Shown here piece after piece: positions 7,889-13,730 of a DNA stretch of 13,730 nt. Below the pieces are notes generated by a model. The model was not told the origin of the DNA. It did no database searches and saw nothing but the letters and a program-made list of their open reading frames with translations. The stretch covers positions 1 through 13,730 of the forward strand of contig JBHIBG010000070.1 in the NCBI GenBank assembly GCA_046758965.1. Reading direction: 5' to 3'. Source of the stretch: Candidatus Methylomirabilia bacterium. GTDB lineage: Bacteria; Methylomirabilota; Methylomirabilia; Rokubacteriales; CSP1-6. A program made the position numbers and the translations under genes. Every line of letters begins with the position of its first letter. Position 1 is the first letter of the stretch.

Positions 7889-7913
7889 ACGGCCGGTTCC
7901 GTCCGTTGGCCTC

Positions 7914-9506
7914 CTACTTCTTCAGCCACACCTTCATGAAGGTGCTGTTGTCGTAGATCGTGTTCGCGGGGTTATAGTTCTGGACCCGCTTATCCTTGAA
8001 GAACCACCCCTCCACCCAGCTGATCGGAACGGCGCCGCTGTCCCGGGTCAGGATGTAGCGCTGGAGCTCGTGGTAGATCTGGACCCGCTTGGCGTGATCC
8101 CGTTCCCTGAGCCCCTTCTCCGCCAGCTCGTCAATCTTGGGGTCGGAGAACTTCTCCCAGTTCCGGCCCGCCCTGGTCGTGTACAGGATGCTGAAGGCGC
8201 TGGAGGGGTCTGCCACCACCATGGCCGTGTCCTGGGTGCCGAGCATGATGAACGCACCCTTCCCGTAGACCCCGTAGCCCGCGGCGCTCTCGTACGTCCT
8301 GAGCGTTCCACGGATGCCGATCTTGCGAAGCTGGGCCAACACCACCTGCACCCGGTCCACGTAGTTGCCGACTGTTCGTACCACCACCTCGATATCCAGG
8401 CCACCCGGATAGTGCTTCTCAACCAGACGCTTGGCCTCGGCGATGTCCTCGGCCTTCTTGTCCTGGCGGCAGCCGGGAATCTTCTGCACCTCGGCGAGCG
8501 GAAGGGCGAACTCCCCGACCAGCTTGGGATCGAGGACCGCGCAGGGGACGCCTGCGCCTTCGAGCCCTTTGTCAATCAGCGCGGCCCGGTCGAGCCCCAG
8601 GTGCACCGCGCGCCGGAGGTCCTTGTTGTTGAACGGGGGCTTCGTGGCGTTCATGTGGACCATCCAGACCACGTTGATCGGCCAGCGATACAGCTCGATG
8701 GTGTCCCCGCGGGCCGCCTTGAGCTCATCGGCTATGGTCTTGGACATCGGCGGCCAGGTGTCCCAGAGCACCACCCTGCCGGCCTTGGCCGCGGCCAGCA
8801 TCGTTGACTTCCCCTTGAGGATGTACTGCTTCACCCCATCGAGGTACGGGAGCCCCTTGATGAAGTAGTCGGGGTTTCGCTCCCACTCGATGACGCTGCC
8901 GCGGACGTAGCGCTTGAACTTGAACGGGCCTGTCCCGATCTGAGCCTCGGGCTTTTTCAGGTCGCCGTACTTCTCCAGGACGTGCTTGGCAGCGATCCGG
9001 CACCAGGCCGACGCGATCGACGGGATGAAGGGGGCGGCCGGGAACTTGAGCCGGACCTGCACCGTGTGGGGATCGACAGCCTCGACGCTCGCCACCAGAG
9101 GCTTGAGCATCGCCCCGCAGCGCGGGCTCCTGAACTTCGGGTCGAGCACCCGGTCCAGCGACACCTTCACGTCAGCCGAGGTGAAGGGCTTGCCATCGTG
9201 CCACTTCACCCCCTTGCGGAGGTGGAAGGTGTACGTGAGGCCATCGGCCGAGGCCTCATAGCGCGTCGCAAGGTCCGGGATGATCTTGGTCGGGTCGTCA
9301 GGGTTGTACTGCAGGAGGCTGCTGTAAATGCCCGCCACAGCTTGCTGGACGCCGAGGGGCGACTCGCTGTGGATGTCCAGACGGGCGGGGTCCGCGTAGT
9401 CGAACCATGTGAGGACGCCACCCCGCTGGATGGCGGCCGCCTGTTGCCAGAACGGCACGATCAGCAGTGCGGCGACAGCGAGGACGATAAGTACCCTGGC
9501 TTTCAT
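7914..9506 (-). CDS. ABC transporter substrate-binding protein, family 5 (DppA/OppA/NikA-like)
   Basis: AAGGAGG RBS. Sec-type signal peptide (MKARVLIVLAVAALLIVPFWQQAAA), PDLA, YTFHLRKGVKWHDG.PFTSADV, IGTGPF, RNPDYF...PYLD, PPFNNKDLRRA. Confidence 0.95.
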   Translation of the reverse strand: MKARVLIVLAVAALLIVPFWQQAAAIQRGGVLTWFDYADPARLDIHSESPLGVQQAVAGIYSSLLQYNPDDPTKIIPDLATRYEASADGLTYTFHLRKGVKWHDGKPFTSADVKVSLDRVLDPKFRSPRCGAMLKPLVASVEAVDPHTVQVRLKFPAAPFIPSIASAWCRIAAKHVLEKYGDLKKPEAQIGTGPFKFKRYVRGSVIEWERNPDYFIKGLPYLDGVKQYILKGKSTMLAAAKAGRVVLWDTWPPMSKTIADELKAARGDTIELYRWPINVVWMVHMNATKPPFNNKDLRRAVHLGLDRAALIDKGLEGAGVPCAVLDPKLVGEFALPLAEVQKIPGCRQDKKAEDIAEAKRLVEKHYPGGLDIEVVVRTVGNYVDRVQVVLAQLRKIGIRGTLRTYESAAGYGVYGKGAFIMLGTQDTAMVVADPSSAFSILYTTRAGRNWEKFSDPKIDELAEKGLRERDHAKRVQIYHELQRYILTRDSGAVPISWVEGWFFKDKRVQNYNPANTIYDNSTFMKVWLKK

Positions 9507-9614
9507 TTTGTTCCTCCTTCTTGCGCGGCTAGCTGACGCCTGAGGTCTACAAGCCGCAGCTCAAGGCTCTGAGTGCGCTGCCCGGTGCCACCTGGGCCAC
9601 CGAGAAGCAGGGGT

Positions 9615-9643
9615 ATTCTCCGGGCGGGCCGAAGGGTAGTCAA
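9615..9643 (-). promoter_or_regulatory. Putative sigma70-type promoter of the ABC-NHL operon
   Basis: Minus strand TTGACT (9643-9638), 17-nt spacer, GAGAAT (9620-9615), about 110 nt upstream of the SBP ATG. Confidence 0.45.
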
Positions 9644-10521
9644 GTGCTTGTTTTGGGCGGGCCCAGCGCCTTCAGCTCAGCCTCGGCCCGCTCCAGCCAG
9701 AAGCGCATGTCCGTCTCGCGGAGCAGCGCGGTAGCCGTGGTCAAGTGCTCCTGAGCTTTCGCGCGGTTTCCGGTTCGCCTGAACAGCTTGCCGAGGCCGA
9801 GGTGGCAGCGGGCCAGGAGCGGACGCATGCCGAGTTCCTCGGCCAGAGCGAGGGCCTGCCCGTACGAGTTTCCGGCCTTCTTCACCTCGGGAGGATCACG
9901 ATGGGCCGCGATCTCACCGAGCAGCCGGATGGCGTATCCTTCGCTACCGCGTTCCCTTGGGCACGAGCGAGCTGTAAGGCGCTTCCGGCGAGCTGGATCG
10001 CCTCCTCCATTCGGCCGTCAAAGAGATAGGCCTCGCTGAGCCAGCCAACCTGAAGAGACTGATAGGCCATGAAGCTTATCGAGGCAGCCCGCTCCAGGAG
10101 AGGCAGAGCCTCCGCAATGCGTCCGGACAGGGCATAGGCAGAGCCCAAGGGTGCGGCGAGCATGGGGAACGCTTGCGCCAACCTCGCGACCTGGCAGAGG
10201 ACAAGGCCGCGTTCCAGCGGGGGAATAGCCGTTTGGAGTTCCCCTTGACCGAGGTAGAGAAGACCGGCACCGAAATACGCGTTGGCAAGGCTCGGTGTGT
10301 GATCGACCGACCCGGCGATCTGGACCCCGTCTTCTGCTCTCGCGATCCCCTCGGCAAACTCCCCCAGTTCAGCGAGAGACCAGACTAACCAGGTACGCGA
10401 GAGAACGGAGGGAAGGGCGACCTGGCCGAAACGCTTACGGATCAGATCGCCTTCGAGGGATGCCACGTTCCTTGCGAGAAAGTCTGTTGCCCGATGAAAG
10501 TCACCTAGGGCGTGGTAGCCG
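9640..10521 (-). pseudogene. Truncated, frameshifted C-terminal TPR region of a large ATPase/TPR (cyclase- or regulator-type) protein
   Basis: TPR-like helices run from GYHALGDFHRA to LQLARAQ. After a 1-nt loss at about 9955 they continue as ERGSEGYAIRLLGEIAAHRDPPEV...ALALAEELGMRPLLARCHLGLG...MRFWLERAEAEL. No credible start or N-terminal domains upstream. Confidence 0.75.
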
Positions 10522-10552
10522 GCAAGAGCCCCTGGTCCCCGGGATGGGTGCC

Positions 10553-10582
10553 TTGACACGAGTGGCCCGCGCCTGCTAGCGT
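10553..10582 (+). promoter_or_regulatory. Putative sigma70-type promoter for the cytochrome c gene
   Basis: Perfect TTGACA (10553-10558), 18-nt spacer, extended -10 TGcTAGCGT (10574-10582). Confidence 0.55.
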
Positions 10583-10755
10583 TCCCGGCGTGAAGCCGGA
10601 GGGCGTGTTGGAGCGCCCACCCGCGCCTTCGGTGCAAGGTCTGGCCCAGCGTGGGCCCGACCCGATTCGACCCTTCAGGGACGCGCGGAGGCCCTGGCTC
10701 GGGGCTGCCTCCCGCGCGGCCGAAATCCGAGTTCCTCGCTGTGGGGGGTTGAAAG

Positions 10756-11646
10756 ATGAGAAGTGTCGGGTATCGCCTAGGTGTTCTTGGCTGTGTGTTT
10801 TTCATGTTCTCGGGGAAGGCCGACGCGGAAACGCTCCTGGAGCGCGGGACCTATCTCATGAAGAGCATCGTCGCCTGCGGGAACTGCCACACGCCGAAGG
10901 GCCCCCGGGGGGAGATCCCCGGAATGGAGCTGGCGGGCGGGCTCAAGATCGAGGAGCCGGCGTTCGCGGCCATTGCGGCCAACATCACCCCCGACACCGA
11001 GACCGGCATCGGCAACTGGACGGACGAGCAGATCATCCGGGCCACCCGGGAGGGCGTTCGTCCCGACGGCTCCATCATCGGTCCGCCCATGCCCATTGGC
11101 ACCTACCGTGGCCTGTCCGACCGTGACGTGCGGGCGATTGTGGCCTATCTGCGGGCCGTCAAGCCCGTGGAGAACAAAGTCTCCGAGTCGGTCTACCGGA
11201 TTCCGCTTCCCGAGTCCTATGGCCCGCCGGTGGGAAGCGTTCCGGCTGTCCCGAGGGACGACAAGCTGAAGTACGGGGAGTATCTCGTCCGTATCGGGCA
11301 CTGCATGGAGTGTCACACGCCCATGGTCAAGGGGCGGTTCGACTTCAAGAATCAGTTCGGAGCGGGGGGGCTCCCCCTGAGCGGTCCCTGGGGAACAGTC
11401 TTCTCGGCGAACATCACGCCCGATAAGACAACGGGGATCGGCAAGTGGACGGACCGCCAGGTCAAGATGGCCATCACCATGGGGCAGCGCGCCACCGGGG
11501 AAAAAATGTTTCCGCCCATGCCCTACCCCTACTACCTGAAGATCGCCCGGGAGGATCTGGACGCCATCGTGGCCTATCTGCGGACAATCAGGCCCATCCG
11601 GAAGGAGCGCGAGGTGCGGCACATCCCGCCGAAGAAGAAGTATTGA
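10756..11646 (+). CDS. Exported diheme cytochrome c (dehydrogenase cytochrome c subunit-like)
   Basis: Signal peptide ending ADA|E. Two CxxCH motifs (CGNCH, CMECH) in two homologous halves, each with G.YL..CxxCHTP...ANITPD..TGIG.WTD...PMP (candidate distal Met)...D..AIVAYLR. Confidence 0.92.
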   Translation: MRSVGYRLGVLGCVFFMFSGKADAETLLERGTYLMKSIVACGNCHTPKGPRGEIPGMELAGGLKIEEPAFAAIAANITPDTETGIGNWTDEQIIRATREGVRPDGSIIGPPMPIGTYRGLSDRDVRAIVAYLRAVKPVENKVSESVYRIPLPESYGPPVGSVPAVPRDDKLKYGEYLVRIGHCMECHTPMVKGRFDFKNQFGAGGLPLSGPWGTVFSANITPDKTTGIGKWTDRQVKMAITMGQRATGEKMFPPMPYPYYLKIAREDLDAIVAYLRTIRPIRKEREVRHIPPKKKY

Positions 11647-11776
11647 GTCGCGCCGTCGGGGAGCTCTTGCGCTACGATGGCCCGGCGCAGTGGAACGCGC
11701 GCTTCACTGCCGGTGACGTTCCGAGCAGAGAGTTTCTTGATGCTCCTCGAGTGGCTTTGAGAGCTACGGCGATCAG

Positions 11777-12577
11777 ATGATCCGTGTGGGCGTCTTCGGG
11801 CTCGGAACCATCGGCCGGCAGATCTGCCGCGCCGTGGAGGCAGGGATCCCGGAGGTTTCGCTTGCGGGAGGAACCGGAAGAGACCGATCCAAGGCAGAAG
11901 CCTTCCTTGCCACGCTGCCGTCGAAGCCTCCCTTCCTCGCGCTAGATGAGCTGGTCCGGAGCTCCGATCTGGTGATCGAGTGCGCCACCCAGGCGGCTCT
12001 CCAGGAGCTCGCTCCGAAGGTCCTGAGCGCGGGGAAGAACCTGATGGTCCTCTCCTGCGGCGCGCTCCTCGGTCGGAGCGATTGGGTGGAGCTGGCAGAA
12101 CGGCACCGCTGCCGAATCCTGGTGCCCTCCGGGGCGATCGTCGGGCTGGATGGGATGAAAGGCGCCAGGGTCGGTGCCGTCACCAGCGTGACCGTGGAGA
12201 GCCGGAAATCCCCCCGAGGGTGGGCCGGAGCGCCCTACGTCGAGGAGAGGCGGATCGATCTGGGCGCGGTCAGAGAGGAGACGCTGATCTTCGAGGGGTC
12301 TGCCACGGGGGCCTGCAAAGGCTTCCCCGCCAACGTCAACGTGCTGGCCGCGCTGTCGATGGCCGGGATCGGGGCCGAGCTGACCACGATCAAGATCTTC
12401 GCAGTGCCTGGGCTCACGCGGAACACGCACCGGATCACCGTGGAGGGGGAGTTCGGGAAGTTCCAGATTCTTGTGGAGAACGCCCCGACCGAAAACCCGA
12501 GGACCGGTAAGCTCTCCTACCTATCGGCGATCGCCTTGCTGAGAGAGCTCCACGCGACTCTCAGGGTCGGCACGTAG
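11777..12577 (+). CDS. nadX: L-aspartate dehydrogenase family protein
   Basis: Rossmann GLGTIG, IECA, LSCGAL, PSGAIVGLD, RKSP, FEGSA, FPANVNVLAALS, NTHRI and ENPRT motifs. 266 aa is typical for the family. Confidence 0.85.
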   Translation: MIRVGVFGLGTIGRQICRAVEAGIPEVSLAGGTGRDRSKAEAFLATLPSKPPFLALDELVRSSDLVIECATQAALQELAPKVLSAGKNLMVLSCGALLGRSDWVELAERHRCRILVPSGAIVGLDGMKGARVGAVTSVTVESRKSPRGWAGAPYVEERRIDLGAVREETLIFEGSATGACKGFPANVNVLAALSMAGIGAELTTIKIFAVPGLTRNTHRITVEGEFGKFQILVENAPTENPRTGKLSYLSAIALLRELHATLRVGT

Positions 12578-12600
12578 AGCGCTCGTCCCTTCCGGTTGGA

Positions 12601-13689
12601 TCAGGGAGCCACGCGGTACCGCGCAAGGACGTCCGAGTCGATCTCGAGCCCGAGGCCCGGGCCTTGCGGAATAAGGAAGTACCCCTGCTCCAGTCTCGGA
12701 GAGTCTTTGAAGACGCTGGCTTCAAGCGTGACATAGAGATGTTCGAGGAGCTCCGCACGCGGGGTAGAGGCGGCTAGGTGAGCGGTTGCCAGCAACCCAG
12801 GGCCGAAGTACGGCGAGTGTGGGGCGATCGTGACATTGTACGCTTCAGCCAGGGCGGCGACCTTGCGCCACTCACTGATGCCGCCGACCTTCACCACGCT
12901 GGGCTGGATGAAGGTGGCGGCTCCGGCTTCGAGCATCGCCCGGAACTGATGGGCTGTGCAGGCATTTTCGCCGGTGGCGATCGGCGTGCCGCTTACTTGG
13001 CCAAGCTGAGCTAGCCCGACAAAGTCCTCCGGGGGCCAGAGGGGTTCTTCGAGCCAGTAGAGCGTGTAGGGAGCAAACTGCCGCGCCATATCGAGCGCCT
13101 GTTCGGGGGCCCAGGCACAGTTGATGTCCATCATGAGGTGAATCTCGTCTCCCACCGCTTCTCGGGCGGCTCGTAGGCTCTCGACATCCAGCTGATGCAG
13201 CTTGACCGCGGTATACCCCGCCTCTTTTGCGCGCAGCGCGGCCGTCCTCACCTGTTTCGGCTCGGGGTAGCGCACGAGGCTGGCGTAGGCTGGCACCCGA
13301 CTGGCGCTCGCACCTCCCAGAAGGCGGTAGAGCGGAAGCCCGGCGGACTTGCCGGCGATATCCCAAAGCGCGATGTCGATCCCGCTGATGGCAAAGGTGG
13401 TGATGCCGTAGCGGCCGAACAGGTGGGTCTGACGGTACATCCGATCCAGCAAGGATGCGATCTGGGCGGGATCCTCACCCTGTAGCATCGGCTTCAAGAC
13501 CTCGTCAACGACGGCGGCGGTCGCGTGAGGAACCCCATAGCCGTATGCTTCTCCGTAGCCCGTAACTCCTTCGTCTGTCCGAACTTCAACAGTGATCTGG
13601 TTGAACGCGCCCCAGACCCACTGGGTGGGAAGCTCGTCTCGTTTCAGGGGTATCGCCAAGATGTGGGCTTTGACGTCGGTGATCTTCAT
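12601..13689 (-). CDS. Mandelate racemase/muconate lactonizing enzyme family (enolase superfamily), 362 aa
   Basis: Start reassigned to ATG 13689 (MKITDVKA) with an AGAGGA RBS. TDEGVTGYGE, ISGIDIALWDIAGK...PLYRLLGG, metal ligands D (MDIN), E (LEEP) and E (GEN), plus APH and PGLG. Confidence 0.93.
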   Translation of the reverse strand: MKITDVKAHILAIPLKRDELPTQWVWGAFNQITVEVRTDEGVTGYGEAYGYGVPHATAAVVDEVLKPMLQGEDPAQIASLLDRMYRQTHLFGRYGITTFAISGIDIALWDIAGKSAGLPLYRLLGGASASRVPAYASLVRYPEPKQVRTAALRAKEAGYTAVKLHQLDVESLRAAREAVGDEIHLMMDINCAWAPEQALDMARQFAPYTLYWLEEPLWPPEDFVGLAQLGQVSGTPIATGENACTAHQFRAMLEAGAATFIQPSVVKVGGISEWRKVAALAEAYNVTIAPHSPYFGPGLLATAHLAASTPRAELLEHLYVTLEASVFKDSPRLEQGYFLIPQGPGLGLEIDSDVLARYRVAP

Positions 13690-13730
13690 GCGGTCCTCTT
13701 GCCGGCTCACTCAGCGCGCCAGATGGTGCC

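Noticed and set aside
6784..8807. ORFs 6784..7809 (+), 7794..8807 (+) and the 248-aa extension of 5936..7618 (-)
   Set aside because: Shadow or alternative frames of the ABC genes.
9574..9590. TGGCAC-containing sigma54-like site upstream of the SBP
   Set aside because: GG-to-GC spacing is not 10 nt and the TTGC element is missing.
10522..10805. N-terminus of ORF 9882..10805
   Set aside because: Non-TPR, low-complexity translation running antisense through the cytochrome c promoter, leader and start.
10777..11622. 281-aa minus-strand ORF
   Set aside because: Antisense shadow of the cytochrome c gene.
13707..13730. Possible 3' end of an upstream minus-strand gene
   Set aside because: Too little sequence to determine the frame or identity.
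1..13730. CRISPR arrays, tRNA/rRNA, transposases, integrases, defence systems
   Set aside because: No regularly spaced repeats, RNA gene signatures or corresponding protein motifs were seen by eye.

Overview
GC-rich bacterial accessory or catabolic region. I found no rRNA, tRNA, CRISPR array or transposase. In order, the window holds: a small Cys-rich zinc-ribbon-like ORF that may be frameshifted; a membrane-anchored SPOR-domain protein behind a near-consensus sigma54 promoter; a PLP Ser/Thr dehydratase-family gene plus a VOC/methylmalonyl-CoA-epimerase-like gene, divergent from a ThDP-dependent acetolactate-synthase-like enzyme; a minus-strand operon of a family-5 ABC solute-binding protein, two Dpp/Opp-type permeases (no ATPase) and a PAL-like NHL beta-propeller; a truncated, frameshifted TPR remnant; an exported diheme cytochrome c; an aspartate dehydrogenase (NadX family); and a mandelate racemase/enolase-superfamily enzyme with non-canonical catalytic motifs. 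The gene content and TPR remnant resemble Rokubacteria/Methylomirabilota-like genomes, but this is recollection and was not verified. The most notable signals are the transporter-coupled, stand-alone PAL-like lyase, the sigma54 promoter with a candidate enhancer, a GAAC-N4-GTTC operator inside a promoter spacer, and structured non-coding leaders before the cytochrome c and nadX genes.
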